Assembly: GCA_964291265.2 (NCBI GenBank)
Contig: OZ219747.1
Span: forward strand, 1 to 64,000
From: Alphaproteobacteria bacterium
GTDB lineage: Bacteria; Pseudomonadota; Alphaproteobacteria; SP197
Direction of reading: 5' to 3'
Length of the DNA: 64,000 nt
Shown piece after piece: positions 53,580 through 64,000 of the stretch (positions are counted from its first letter, which is position 1; each line of letters starts with the position of its first letter). A program made the translations under genes and the position numbers. A model generated the notes under the pieces. It made no database searches, was not told where the DNA came from, and worked only from the letters and a program-made list of their open reading frames with translations.

Positions 53580-55246
53580 GGGTGTGAGTCTAGTATGGCA
53601 GTTATGTTATGGTCTTAAGTTATGGACTTAGTTCCATTGTTTCATCTCATGCGGCCAGCGCCGGGGTGTGATGTGGGCTGATGTTGTCGTTGGCTGGTGC
53701 GTTGTCGCCCTCGATCATGGCGGTCCACGCGCTTTCGAAGCGGCCGGATTTGATGAGGGCGCGGAAGGTGAGAACGGCTTGTCCGCCGACGATGCGCCAG
53801 CGCATGCCGGAGCGCTTCATGCGCTGTGTGACGAGGGTCTTGTTGGCTGCCTCGACAAGTCCCGAGCCGATGGCGATCCCCTGTTGCTTCAGTGCGTGGT
53901 AGCGCATGCGGTGGCGATGCTTGCGGAAGAAGGCCAGTTCCCTGTCGATGTCGGCTCGGCCCGCCGGCTTGGCGGTGTCGCGAAGGTGGCGCAGCGCCCG
54001 GATCACCCTGTCGATGCCGCAGGGGTCGTGACGCAGGATCTCGCGGTACTTCTCGAACCAGTGGGGCGCCGCTGCATGGTCGGCCACCACGCGCAGATGC
54101 TCGCAGGCATGCCAGAAGTCGATCACCTCGGTTTCGGGTTCAAGACCAGAGAGGAAGGTCCAGTTGTCGGCGGCGGCGGCGGCGATGGCGCTGATCCTGA
54201 TCTCGGGACGCTCACGCCTGATATGCGCGACCTCGCTTGCCAGCTGCGCCTTCAGCGTGCACTTGCCGCGCTCGGGCATGCGGCCGAGATAGACGGTCTT
54301 CAGGCGCTCACCGTCGGCGTCGTGGAAGGAGACTGTGCCACAGGCCGCCTCGCGCCAGCAGGCCTCGCTACGGCCGTCCTCGCCGGCCCGCAGCGCCACC
54401 ATGACGCCGTCGAGCGAGACCGAGGCGGTGACCGCGTCCTGCGGAATGTCCTCGGCTTCCCGGATGCCATCCAGGGCCTGCGGGCCGAGACCTTCCCAAC
54501 GCTCCTGCATGGTCAGGCTCAAGCGCTGCAAGGTGCTCACAGACGGCGTCATGGCGCCGAGCTTGCCGAAGAACGCCTCCGCTTCCCGCGCCGTGCAGTG
54601 GACCATCATCATCAGCCCAAGCTGAGCCGCCGGCCGTGTCAGGTAGTCGTCGACGAGGCCCAGGCTTTCGTCCACCGGCATCAGCGACCGGCGGTGCCCG
54701 CCGGTGCGGTAGCGCGCACGCCGAAAGGTCACCGGGCCGAGCGAGGTCATGATCGTCTTCGGCGTCGGCGCCACACGGAACCAGTTCTGCCCGTCCCGCT
54801 CGATCCGGGGCGCACCGTCGTCCCGGGCCTCGGCACAGGCACCCAGGATCTCGCAGCCAAGCGCGTGCACGCTCTCAAGCACCCGCCGCTCCGCTTCCTC
54901 GAAGGCCTCGGCAGAGCGCTCTGAACCGAGCTGCCGATGACACACCGCGGTCACTTGCGTGACCGCTTCGACAACCCGAGGCGGCAAGCCGGAAAGATCG
55001 ATGGACGCGGAAGGCCGAAGCTGTGACACTGACATGGGAGCGCTCCTGATGTTGTGGGTTGAAGCCAGCATCATATCGCATCTTGCGGTGCGGAGCGTTC
55101 CCGCATCCACCGCCAAGCCCTGCTGTCGTGACAAAATCCGGTCCTGAAACGGGCAATTGTCACGAAACCCCGTTTTCGCCGCTCCATCGCGACCGCACAA
55201 CCGTGATAAATCAATGACTTGGCTTCGCCATACGAGAACTACACCC
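53580..55246 (-). mobile_element. ISKra4-like element
   Basis: Imperfect 20-bp TIRs GGGTGTGAGTCTAGTATGGC / GGGTGTAGTTCTCGTATGGC; 8-bp TSD TCACGGCG (53572-53579, 55247-55254). Confidence 0.85.
53647..55035 (-). CDS. ISKra4-like transposase (probably catalytically impaired)
   Basis: SLDGVMV, IDFWHACEHL, IGSGLVEAANK, RMKRSGMRW. Confidence 0.8.
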   Translation of the reverse strand: MSVSQLRPSASIDLSGLPPRVVEAVTQVTAVCHRQLGSERSAEAFEEAERRVLESVHALGCEILGACAEARDDGAPRIERDGQNWFRVAPTPKTIMTSLGPVTFRRARYRTGGHRRSLMPVDESLGLVDDYLTRPAAQLGLMMMVHCTAREAEAFFGKLGAMTPSVSTLQRLSLTMQERWEGLGPQALDGIREAEDIPQDAVTASVSLDGVMVALRAGEDGRSEACWREAACGTVSFHDADGERLKTVYLGRMPERGKCTLKAQLASEVAHIRRERPEIRISAIAAAAADNWTFLSGLEPETEVIDFWHACEHLRVVADHAAAPHWFEKYREILRHDPCGIDRVIRALRHLRDTAKPAGRADIDRELAFFRKHRHRMRYHALKQQGIAIGSGLVEAANKTLVTQRMKRSGMRWRIVGGQAVLTFRALIKSGRFESAWTAMIEGDNAPANDNISPHHTPALAA

Positions 55247-55991
55247 TCACGGCGGCTGAGTCCGGGGTCGCGCTCCGCAAGGCCTTCGATCAGGTCAGTC
55301 GCTGCCTGACCCTGTCTCTTGTCACCCTGAACCAGGACCTTGGTAACAGGCCCGATCACTCGCACGCACAGGCGGCAACGGCCTCATCCACCCGCCAAGG
55401 CTGACGTCTGTCCGACGGGAATCCGCGACACTGGTCGACGCGAATGCGGTCTGCCACATGATGCGGCCGCGGTCCGACCCGCAGGTCGCCGCCTTCAGCG
55501 CAACTCCGGCATACGCGATTCGCCCGTATTCGCCAGGATCCGCTCAAGCCTCATGGAACGCCCGCCAGTCAGGCGCCTCGCACGACAAGGCCGCCGGCGG
55601 CAGACACAGGCCGCCGCCCGTCAGCTGCAGGGCCGCATCCCGCGGTTCGTCGAAAGCACCCCATGGCCTCGATCATGAACGAGATCGTGTGATCAGTCTG
55701 TTGGCAGATGCTCAGAGGGACCGGAATCAGCCGTCAGTGCATGACCGCACGCCGGCCAGCCGCACCTCGCCACCATCGAGCAGGATGCACCTGATTCGGT
55801 CGCCGGCCGACAGGTCTGGCGCAACCCGCACGCCCTTCGGCAAGGCGGCCTCTCCCTTGACAGTCACTGTCGATTCCTGCACGTGACGTACCGTTTCCAG
55901 AATCGATATCGCAGTGCAATGGCACGCGTCACCTGACCTGCGCCCTCACGTCGCCTGGCGGGGCAGGACACCGTTCTCGCCGCCGCACTCC

Positions 55992-57182
55992 TCATGTCAC
56001 CGGCACGGTTTCCGGTTCGAGGTGGAGGTGGTCATCGGTGTAGGGATGGGCACGCGCCACATCCTCGTCGAGTTCGACTCCGATTCCGGGTGCGTCCGGC
56101 GGGATGACATGACCTTCCTCCCAGCGCATCGGGGACTTGAGGATTCTGGCGTGGAAACCATCCCAGCGGCGGATGCTCTCGAGTATCAGGAAGTTGGGCG
56201 ACGCCGTGGCAATCTGAACATTGGCAGCACCCTCGATCGGCCCGCAGTAGAGATGGGGCGCGATCTGGGCGTAGTGCGCCTCTGCCATGCCGGCGATCTT
56301 CTTTGCTTCCAGAAGGCCCCCCACCCGGCCGAGCGCCATCTGCAGGATCGAGGCCGCGCCGCTTGTCAGCACGCGGGCGAACTCGTGCTTCGTTGCCAGC
56401 CGCTCGCCGGTGGCGATCGGAATGGTCGTCGAGCGGGCAACACGGGCCATCTCCTCCGGCATTTCCGCGGCCACCGGTTCCTCGAACCAGAGCGGATCGT
56501 ACGGTTCGAGCCTGCGGGCGAGGCGGATGGCCCCCGACGGCGTGAACTGTCCATGGGTGCCGAAAAGCAGGTCCGCCTTCGTGCCCACGGCCTCGCGCAG
56601 CGCTCTCACGAAGGCTTCCGAAAGCGCCATTCGCTCCAGGGAAGGCTGACGCGGATCGAAGACGCTGTAGGGTCCGGCGGGGTCGAACTTCACCGCGGTG
56701 AATCCCTCGCGCACGTAGGTGGCGGCCCGTTCGGCGGCGACATCCGGATCGGCGTAGACGGCCTCCTCGTCGTCCCCGACGGCCGGATAGAGGTAGGTAT
56801 AGCTGCGCAACCGTTCGTGCACCTTGCCGCCAAGCAGCATGTAGACCGGCTTCGACGTCGCCTTGCCGATGATGTCCCAGCAGGCGATCTCGAGGCCCGA
56901 CATGACCGCCAACAGGGAGATCTCGGGACGCATGCTGTAGCCGCCGCCATACATTCGACGCCACAAGGTCTCGATGTTGAAGGGATTCTCGCCCATCACA
57001 TGACGCATGGCGATATCCTCCACCATGACCGCCACCACGTGGGGCGAGAAACTGGCCGCGTAGACCTCCCCGTAGCCGACAATGCCGTCATCGGTCACCA
57101 ACTTGACGAAGACGAAGAAGCGGCCACCGAAATGCGGCGGCGGATTGCCCACAACGAACGTCTCGATCTCCGCGATTTTCAT
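55992..57182 (-). CDS. Mandelate racemase/muconate lactonizing enzyme family protein
   Basis: TDDGIVGYGE, EIACWDIIGK, WFEEP, IATGERL, APHLY. Confidence 0.93.
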   Translation of the reverse strand: MKIAEIETFVVGNPPPHFGGRFFVFVKLVTDDGIVGYGEVYAASFSPHVVAVMVEDIAMRHVMGENPFNIETLWRRMYGGGYSMRPEISLLAVMSGLEIACWDIIGKATSKPVYMLLGGKVHERLRSYTYLYPAVGDDEEAVYADPDVAAERAATYVREGFTAVKFDPAGPYSVFDPRQPSLERMALSEAFVRALREAVGTKADLLFGTHGQFTPSGAIRLARRLEPYDPLWFEEPVAAEMPEEMARVARSTTIPIATGERLATKHEFARVLTSGAASILQMALGRVGGLLEAKKIAGMAEAHYAQIAPHLYCGPIEGAANVQIATASPNFLILESIRRWDGFHARILKSPMRWEEGHVIPPDAPGIGVELDEDVARAHPYTDDHLHLEPETVPVT

Positions 57183-57212
57183 GGGTAACGTCCCTTCTCA
57201 GGTGATGCCGCC

Positions 57213-58394
57213 ATGATGCGGACACCGTCGGCCGACTCAAGCGAGGCAATCCGCACGATGGATCCCCGAGCCGCGATCATCGCCGATCTCCGGCGTGTGA
57301 CACCGCCTGCCAGCCGTTCGCCGACACTGCCTCCGGCGGTCTACACCGATCCGGACGTGGTCACACTGGAACGCGACCGGCTGTTCCGCAGCGGGTGGGT
57401 GGGTTGCGGCCGCAGCGACCGATGGCCATCCGCTGGTTCGTGCGCTCCGGTCGATATCGCCGGCGCACCGGTCCTGATCACCAGGGACAGGAAGGGCACA
57501 CTCCATGCCTTCGCCAATTCCTGCCGCCACCGCGGCACGGAACTCGTGGGCGAATCATGCCGCCTCGCCCGCATCGTCTGCCCGTTTCATGCATGGACCT
57601 ACACCCTCGACGGCCGCCTGGTGGCGGCGCCCCGCATGGAGTCGGCCTCCGGCTTCGACATGGCGGACCACGGTCTGCGCGCCTACCACGTGACAGAGCG
57701 GGCGGGATTCGTCTTCGTCAGCCTCGACGCGGCGCCCTGCTCGATCGACGACTGGCTCGGTGACTTCGAGGCGGTGCACGCGCCCTGGCCCCTCGATCGG
57801 CTCGTCACCACGCGCCGCCTGGAACGCGACATTCCCTGCAACTGGAAACTCTTCCTGGAGGTCTTCAACGAGTACTACCACCTGGGCAGCGTCCACCGGC
57901 AGACCTTCGGCGCCCTCTACGCCGAACCCGATCCGCCGGACTCGGTATCCGGCAACTTCACATCGCAGTTCGGCACGACATCGGGAACCGGAGCCCTGAA
58001 GTCCGGCGACCAGGATCACGCTCTCGACCCCATGCCGGGGCTCAGCGGGCGCCACCTCTCGGGCACGCGCTACACGTGGATCTATCCGAACATGACGTTT
58101 GCCGTCGGCAGGGACGCGATGTGGATGCTGGAAGCCTGGCCTCGGGGTGCGGACTCATGCCGTGCCGTCATGTCCGTGTGCTTTCCCGAGGCGACGCGCA
58201 CGGCACCGGGGTTCAAGCGGGCTTCCCTGCACTACTATCGGCGCATGGATGAAGCCATGGACGAGGACATCGACGTCCTCGGAAAGCAACAAGGCGGCAT
58301 GGCGTCACCCGACGCCGTTCCGGGCCGTTTCTCGGCACTGGAACCGTCGCTGGCCAACTTTGCCTTCTGGTATGCAGCCCTGCTGGCTGCCTGA
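57213..58394 (+). CDS. Rieske non-heme iron oxygenase alpha subunit (choline monooxygenase-like group)
   Basis: CRHRG...CPFHAW, NWKLFLEVFNEYYH..VH, EDID; start uncertain (57213-57258). Confidence 0.9.
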   Translation: MMRTPSADSSEAIRTMDPRAAIIADLRRVTPPASRSPTLPPAVYTDPDVVTLERDRLFRSGWVGCGRSDRWPSAGSCAPVDIAGAPVLITRDRKGTLHAFANSCRHRGTELVGESCRLARIVCPFHAWTYTLDGRLVAAPRMESASGFDMADHGLRAYHVTERAGFVFVSLDAAPCSIDDWLGDFEAVHAPWPLDRLVTTRRLERDIPCNWKLFLEVFNEYYHLGSVHRQTFGALYAEPDPPDSVSGNFTSQFGTTSGTGALKSGDQDHALDPMPGLSGRHLSGTRYTWIYPNMTFAVGRDAMWMLEAWPRGADSCRAVMSVCFPEATRTAPGFKRASLHYYRRMDEAMDEDIDVLGKQQGGMASPDAVPGRFSALEPSLANFAFWYAALLAA

Positions 58395-58398
58395 GCCG

Positions 58399-58683
58399 TC
58401 AGCGACGGCGATTGCGGGGGAACCTGCGGGGATTGGCCCCGGGCACACGCGCCGTGGTGCTTTCGTCCTTGTGACGGAAATTGATGCGCGCCTTCGTGAG
58501 GTCGTAGGGCGTCATCTCGACCGTGACGCGGTCACCCGTCAACACACGGATCCTGGCCTTGCGCATGCGGCCTGACGTGTAGGCCATCACCTTGTGGCCA
58601 TTGTCGAGCTCTACCCGAAAATGGGCGTCGGGAAGAACCTCCGTCACGACGCCATCGGCTTCTATCAGATCCTCTTTCGACAT
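58399..58683 (-). CDS. infA: Translation initiation factor IF-1
   Basis: [44 protein letters not shown]. Confidence 0.97.
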   Translation of the reverse strand: MSKEDLIEADGVVTEVLPDAHFRVELDNGHKVMAYTSGRMRKARIRVLTGDRVTVEMTPYDLTKARINFRHKDESTTARVPGANPRRFPRNRRR

Positions 58684-59053
58684 GCAGAACTCCCTTGTGG
58701 TGACCACGTTCCACCCTTCCGGAGGCACGGCAAGGCGGGGTTTCCTGCTCCATGTGGACCAAAGACCGGCGAAGTGCAAGCGTCAGGGATCACACGACCG
58801 GACCTGCAACGGTCTCGACCCCGCGTCTTGACAAGCCGGTTCCAGGCAAGGCAAACACCCGGCGGGCATGCGAGATCGTCGGCATGCTCAAACTTTTTGC
58901 TTGTCTGTTACAGAATTTGGTTCACTATGGGGGAGTCCGCGGCAACCGGAGTCCTTGATCGCTTGCCTGCCGGAAGCCTGTCCTGTCCGACGAGGAGTCC
59001 CGTGACCACAACAGCAGCGGGAGTGGACACGTTGCAACATTGGAACAATGCGC

Positions 59054-59584
59054 ATGTCTGACGAGTATGAACCGGGATCCCCGGGCAGCCGTCTCAACGT
59101 CTCGGCCACCGTCAAGTGGTACAATTCGACGAAGGGATTCGGTTTCGTTCAGGTCAATCCCGACGAACCTGATGTATTTATCCATGCCTCCGCCGTGACC
59201 CAGGCCGGCCTGAGTGATATCCCCAACGGTGCCACCATCGAGTGTGACATCATCCGCACGGAGCGGGGATTCCAGGTTTCCAACCTTCACAAGGTCGACG
59301 TATCGACGGCGGAACAGATGCCTCCCCGTGATCGAGGCAGGGGGCCCCGCGAATGGCAGGGCTCCTATGATGACGAGCACGAGACCGACGGCACGGTGAA
59401 GTTCTTCGATACCAACAGGGGTTTCGGCTTCATCGTTCCCGACGACAGTGACCGTGACATCTTTCTTCCCGGACGCATCGTCACGAGAGCCGGCATTCCG
59501 ATGCTGGAATCCAACCAACGGGTGCGGGTCCGCTGGCGCGAGGGTGATCGGGGGCCTCTGGCAACGTGGGTGGAGCCTGAATGA
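59054..59584 (+). CDS. Double cold-shock-domain protein
   Basis: VKWYNSTKGFGFV..DVFIH and VKFFDTNRGFGFI. Confidence 0.93.
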   Translation: MSDEYEPGSPGSRLNVSATVKWYNSTKGFGFVQVNPDEPDVFIHASAVTQAGLSDIPNGATIECDIIRTERGFQVSNLHKVDVSTAEQMPPRDRGRGPREWQGSYDDEHETDGTVKFFDTNRGFGFIVPDDSDRDIFLPGRIVTRAGIPMLESNQRVRVRWREGDRGPLATWVEPE

Positions 59585-59623
59585 GCCGGCATTCCGGTCC
59601 TCAGTCACACCCGTCCCGGAGGT

Positions 59624-60742
59624 TCAGGGATCACCCATGGCGCTCAGCCATTTCGCCTGGAAGTCATGCACGGCATGCTCGCTGTACTGGCTGCGCCCGG
59701 GGTCGACGATGAACCGGCCCTGACGGTAGCCGAGAGAGTGCAGTCCCTGTTGCACGCTCTCGCACAACGGGATGTCCTCGAGGCGCACTTCGTGCACGAA
59801 GTCGATGATCTCCTGCTCTTCGGCGGTCGGTGTCGATTGCGGGAAATACCACTCGCAGCGTTGCACCGTTTTCTCAGGCCCGAGGGGAACATGGTGGAAC
59901 ACGGTCAGATTGCCCCCGGGGTAGGCCTCGCACACCCAGTTGGGCCACAATAGCCAGCTGGCAAAGTTCTCCGGCTTCGCCGCCCCCCTCGTAACCGACC
60001 GGTAGGCCACGTTCTTCTCGACCGAATGGTGGGCGTGGTGATGGTCATGGGTCGCGATGCGGTAGCTTTCCCAGTCAATCGCCTGCTCGATCAGCGAACG
60101 GTGCTGGTTCGGGCAGTGGAAGCACTCATCATAATTCTCCACGGAGTTCTTCCAGTTGGCCTTGAGAGGGTACTCGCTGCGGTCGGCGCACTTCAGTTCC
60201 GCCGCCATGGGAGAGAAGGACGCGATCTCGGATTCGAGCGCTGCCGCCACCTCACCGAAGGGCGGTGCGTTGCCATCGAGGTTGACGAAGAGGAAGCCCA
60301 GCATCTCGCCGACAGGGACTTCCTCCAGGTGGTACGCCGAAGCATCGAAGCTGGCCATGCGTTCACTGCCCCGCGCCGTGCGCAGGGCGCCGCTCTGATC
60401 ATAGGCCCAGTTGTGATAGGGGCAGGTGATGATCGGGCCAAGACGACCCTCTCCCTCAAGCAGGCGGTGGGCACGGTGCTGGCAGACATTGAAAAAGGCC
60501 TTGATCTCGCCCTTCGCGTCGCGCAGCACGACCACGCTCTGATCGACGATGTCCCGCACGATGTAATTGCCGTTGTCCGGCACCATCGAGACATGCCCGA
60601 CATACTGCCAGGTGGCATGGAAGACCCGGCGTTTCTCACGTTCCCAGATCGCCGGATCGTGGTAGTAGGATGCCGACATCGTCTGGGATCGTTCCGGATC
60701 ATCCTGGAAGCCGGTGACCTGAAGAGCAGCAATCGCGGCCAT
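59624..60742 (-). CDS. Rieske oxygenase alpha subunit, CntA/YeaW (carnitine monooxygenase)-like
   Basis: CQHRAH, CPYHNW, NWKNSVENYDECFHC..H, ESVQQGL.S.GY.QGR, SEHAV. Confidence 0.85.
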   Translation of the reverse strand: MAAIAALQVTGFQDDPERSQTMSASYYHDPAIWEREKRRVFHATWQYVGHVSMVPDNGNYIVRDIVDQSVVVLRDAKGEIKAFFNVCQHRAHRLLEGEGRLGPIITCPYHNWAYDQSGALRTARGSERMASFDASAYHLEEVPVGEMLGFLFVNLDGNAPPFGEVAAALESEIASFSPMAAELKCADRSEYPLKANWKNSVENYDECFHCPNQHRSLIEQAIDWESYRIATHDHHHAHHSVEKNVAYRSVTRGAAKPENFASWLLWPNWVCEAYPGGNLTVFHHVPLGPEKTVQRCEWYFPQSTPTAEEQEIIDFVHEVRLEDIPLCESVQQGLHSLGYRQGRFIVDPGRSQYSEHAVHDFQAKWLSAMGDP

Positions 60743-60835
60743 GACGTTCCTCGTGAAGGTGGTGCGCAGTCTGGACATATACATCAACGCTGTCACTGTT
60801 CAATCTCCGGACAGCGCCTGTAGACTTCGGCCGCC

Positions 60836-61174
60836 ATGCACGACCCTGCCGGAATCGAACGCCTTCTGAAGAACCGGCTCGCCCGGATCGATGATGATCA
60901 GGCGACCACGGCCGGCGAACGCGCTCCGGTGATGCTCGATCAGTCCCGGGTCGGCCGGCTGTCGCGCATGGATGCCCTGCAGGTCCAGGCCATGGCCGAG
61001 GCACAGGAACGGCGGCGGCGCGCCGAGCGTCAGCGGACAGAAGCTGCCCTCGAGCGCCTGGCCGACGGCACCTGGGGCCTGTGCACCGAGTGCGGCGAGG
61101 CGATTGCCGGGGCCCGCCTCGACTTCGACCCCACCGTCGCCCTGTGCATACGCTGCGCCCGGGAGGCAGGATAA
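60836..61174 (+). CDS. TraR/DksA C4 zinc-finger protein
   Basis: LDQSRVGRLSRMDALQ, CTECG...CIRC. Confidence 0.9.
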   Translation: MHDPAGIERLLKNRLARIDDDQATTAGERAPVMLDQSRVGRLSRMDALQVQAMAEAQERRRRAERQRTEAALERLADGTWGLCTECGEAIAGARLDFDPTVALCIRCAREAG

Positions 61175-62511
61175 TGCCCATGCTCAGCCACCGAAGTCCC
61201 GTGACCTTCCGGGACCCGCTCCCTGAACGCGTCGATGTCGTCGTCATCGGCGGTGGCATCGCCGGCATTGCCAGTGCGTGGTTCCTCGCCGAACGCGGCG
61301 ACAGTGTCCTCGTGGTCGAGAAGGGGAGGATTGCCGGTGAGCAGTCGAGCAGGAACTGGGGCTGGGTACGCCAGCAGGGCCGCGATGTCGCGGAACTCCC
61401 GATCATGATGGAGTCGAACCGGATCTGGCGAGGCCTGGCGGCAACCACCGGCAACGAGGAGCTGACGTTCACGCAATCGGCATGTGTCAAGCTGGTGGAG
61501 AACGAAGAGGCGGTCGGAGGCATGGAGGCGTGGCATGCCGTCGCCCGGGAACACCAGCTCGACACGGTCCTCTTCAGCGCCCGCGAGGTCGGGAACCGGT
61601 TTGCGGCCATGGGCGGCCGTTTCGTCGGCGGCATGATGACCGCATCGGACGGCCGTGCCGAACCCGAGCGGGCGGTGCCGGCCTGGGCGCGGGCCCTTCG
61701 GGACCGCGGTGCAGCCGTCATCGAGGAATGCGCGGCACGGGTTCCCGACGTCGCGGGTGGACGCATCGCTGGCGTCGTCACGGAAAGGGGCCGCGTTGCC
61801 TGCGACCGCCTGCTCCTTGCCGGTGGCGCGTGGTCATCTGGATTTGCCGCCAATTGCGGCATCGACCTGGCCCAACTGGTGGTGCGCTCCACGGCGGCGC
61901 GGACCTCTCCTTCGGAGGACATCCTGCCGCTCAACATGTCGGTTCCCGGGCTGGCGACACGGCGACGTGCCGACGGGGGTTACACGGTTTCCACGGGCGA
62001 TATCGCCGAACACTACGTCGGACCGCCCTCCTTCCGGCACGCCATGCGGTTCGTACCCCTGCTGCGCAAGTCCGCCCGCGATGTCAGGTTGCGCACGGCG
62101 GCCCCCGCTGGCTATCCGGGGAGCTGGGGTCTCGCCCGGCGCTGGTCGGCAGACGAGGAGTCTCCCTACGAACGCCAGCGCGTCCTCGATCCACCACCAT
62201 CGCCTCTCGTCATCCGGCGCCTCGAGGAACGCCTGCCGCGGCGGGCGCCTGCCCTTGCAAGGGCAGGACTGGCCGAGGCCTGGGCCGGCATGATCGATGT
62301 CACGCCCGACGCCGTTCCCATTCTCGGGGAACTGCCGGTGCCGGGGCTCTTTGTGGCCACAGGGTTCAGCGGCCACGGATTCGGCATCGGCCCTGCCATC
62401 GGGCGCATCATGGCCGATCTCGTCAGCGGCCGCAGTCCCGGACACGACCTGCACCGCTTCCGCCCGGGACGCTTTGCCGACGGATCAAGGATCGTGCCCG
62501 GACCCTACTGA
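61174..62511 (+). CDS. FAD-dependent oxidoreductase (DAO family)
   Basis: VVIGGGIAG, EQSSRNWGW, WAGMIDVTPD, GFSGHGFGIGP. Confidence 0.92.
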   Translation: MPMLSHRSPVTFRDPLPERVDVVVIGGGIAGIASAWFLAERGDSVLVVEKGRIAGEQSSRNWGWVRQQGRDVAELPIMMESNRIWRGLAATTGNEELTFTQSACVKLVENEEAVGGMEAWHAVAREHQLDTVLFSAREVGNRFAAMGGRFVGGMMTASDGRAEPERAVPAWARALRDRGAAVIEECAARVPDVAGGRIAGVVTERGRVACDRLLLAGGAWSSGFAANCGIDLAQLVVRSTAARTSPSEDILPLNMSVPGLATRRRADGGYTVSTGDIAEHYVGPPSFRHAMRFVPLLRKSARDVRLRTAAPAGYPGSWGLARRWSADEESPYERQRVLDPPPSPLVIRRLEERLPRRAPALARAGLAEAWAGMIDVTPDAVPILGELPVPGLFVATGFSGHGFGIGPAIGRIMADLVSGRSPGHDLHRFRPGRFADGSRIVPGPY

Positions 62512-62521
62512 GGCAGGATCG

Positions 62522-64000
62522 ATGCGCCCGAACATCCTCTTCCTGTGCACCGACCAGCAGCGTGCCGACAGTCTGGGATGCTATGGCGCGACCAGCGCGT
62601 CCACTCCCCATCTCGATGCCCTGGCGGCACGCGGCCTGCGTTTCGACAACCACCTGACTCCCAACCAGATCTGCTGCCCGAGTCGCGGCACCATGATCAC
62701 GGGGCTCCATCCCCGGCATCACGGCATGACGACCAACGGACGCACTCTCAAGCAGGGGCTCCACTTCCTGCCCGTCCTTCTCGCGGGAGCCGGCTACAGC
62801 ACCCACGCCGTGGGCAAGCTTCACCTGCAGCCGATTCTGGCTCGCGCGGATCGGTGCTTTCCGGAATCGATCGCCTTCTGGACATCGGATGTTCACGCGG
62901 ACTGGACCGGACCCTACTTCGGCTACGGCACGGCGGATTTCGTGATCGGCGAATCCCTGCTCGTCACCGAGGGCGGCCACTACGCCGCCTGGATGAAGGA
63001 GGAGCACCCGCAGGCCGTGCCGCTCTTCCAGCCCGCAGCCGCCCTCGAGGGTCCGCTTGACGATCTTCCGGAGGCCTGGGTTTCGGCGGTGCCTGATGCG
63101 CTTCACTACAACACGTGGATCGCCGACAGGGCGATCGCCTTTCTCGAGCGCGCCCGCCCGCCCTTCATGATGTTCGTCTCCACACCCGATCCCCATCATC
63201 CGTTCAGCCCGCCACGGCCATGGGCGGACCTCCATGAGCCCGGTCCCCTGCCCCGGCACGACCCGGAAGAACTCGAACGGATGCCGGACTACATCCGTCG
63301 GCGTCTTGCGAGCGACTGGATCGACAATGCGGCCGCGCCCGTGGAGCAGGGAGGGATGACTGTCACGTCAGGAATGTCGGATGCCAGCCTCGGCCGGGCG
63401 ATCGGCCTGACGCGGGGCATGGAATCCCAGGTGGATCACGCCTTCGGCCGGATCCTGGCGACGCTCGCCCGCCTCGGCCTTGCCGACGACACGGTGGTCA
63501 TCTTCACCTCGGACCACGGCGAGTTTCTCGGTCACCACGGGCTTCTGCACAAGGGACCGCCGCCCTGGCGCGACCTCACCAGGGTGAGTTTCATCATGGC
63601 GGGGCCGGGCATTCCTGCAGGCGACACCACCGAGGCGCCGTCGAGCCATCTCGACATCATGCCGACACTGCTCGATCTGGCCGGCATCGCCGAGCCGCCC
63701 GGTCTCGACGGAACGTCCCTGAAGCCGCTCTTCGAGGGCCGTTCCATCGACCGCAAGGTGCGTTTCCTCGAGTACCATCCGCGAACCGACCAGCGTCTCT
63801 ACAACCATTCCATCGTCACCGGCGGCCGGCGCCTCACTCTCTATCCCCGGGGCAAGGCCGACTGGGGCGAACTCTTCGATCTCGAGGCCGATCCGGACGA
63901 ACACCACAATCTCTTCCATGACCCTGCCCACCGTATCTGCCGGGATTCCCTTGCCGAAATCCTGACTGCATCCTTTCCGGCCGCTCCCGAGGCCGGCACC
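62522..64000 (+). CDS. Sulfatase-family hydrolase (runs off the right edge)
   Basis: MRPNILFLCTDQQR, ICCPSRG..TG (CxPSR), GKLHL, PDPHHPF, SDHGE. Confidence 0.9.
   Translation, partial: MRPNILFLCTDQQRADSLGCYGATSASTPHLDALAARGLRFDNHLTPNQICCPSRGTMITGLHPRHHGMTTNGRTLKQGLHFLPVLLAGAGYSTHAVGKLHLQPILARADRCFPESIAFWTSDVHADWTGPYFGYGTADFVIGESLLVTEGGHYAAWMKEEHPQAVPLFQPAAALEGPLDDLPEAWVSAVPDALHYNTWIADRAIAFLERARPPFMMFVSTPDPHHPFSPPRPWADLHEPGPLPRHDPEELERMPDYIRRRLASDWIDNAAAPVEQGGMTVTSGMSDASLGRAIGLTRGMESQVDHAFGRILATLARLGLADDTVVIFTSDHGEFLGHHGLLHKGPPPWRDLTRVSFIMAGPGIPAGDTTEAPSSHLDIMPTLLDLAGIAEPPGLDGTSLKPLFEGRSIDRKVRFLEYHPRTDQRLYNHSIVTGGRRLTLYPRGKADWGELFDLEADPDEHHNLFHDPAHRICRDSLAEILTASFPAAPEAGT

Noticed and set aside
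55255-55990. Possible gene or ncRNA interrupted by the ISKra4-like element
   Set aside because: The rejoined frame has no recognisable motif and no convincing RNA structure.
58399-58470. Basic C-terminal extension on IF-1
   Set aside because: Extended IF-1 proteins are common in alphaproteobacteria.

Overview
High-GC alphaproteobacterial chromosome segment (atpH-A-G-D-C order, ybbN-LonN-Trm112 cluster). The heavy load of IS elements and pseudogenes suggests a host-associated lineage (inference). Positions 1-14,960 hold a tandem array of TbpB-like surface-lipoprotein cassettes (A, B, A, B) with one Slam/T11SS-type outer-membrane exporter. Each cassette has a decayed guaA 3' stub, an identical sigma70 promoter/leader, a near-constant ~190-aa N-terminus and a highly divergent C-terminal handle/barrel. 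The block repeats with a 9,029-bp period and carries IS66 and IS4 remnants. Next come the F1 ATP synthase genes and an Rpn gene interrupted by an IS4 element that is itself interrupted by a second IS; both TIR/TSD sets can be read. Further right are a DUF932 islet, a carnitine/quaternary-amine catabolic cluster (with a divergent HisA paralog and an MIO-less ammonia-lyase homolog), htpG and a decayed integrase/NYN islet. A ~5-kb transposon-like element encodes a DDE integrase, an ExeA-like ATPase, a RepA-like helicase and a toprim primase. The window ends with an ISKra4-like element, Rieske oxygenases, infA, a cold-shock gene, an oxidoreductase and a sulfatase. All calls come from motif recognition by eye; no database searches were run.
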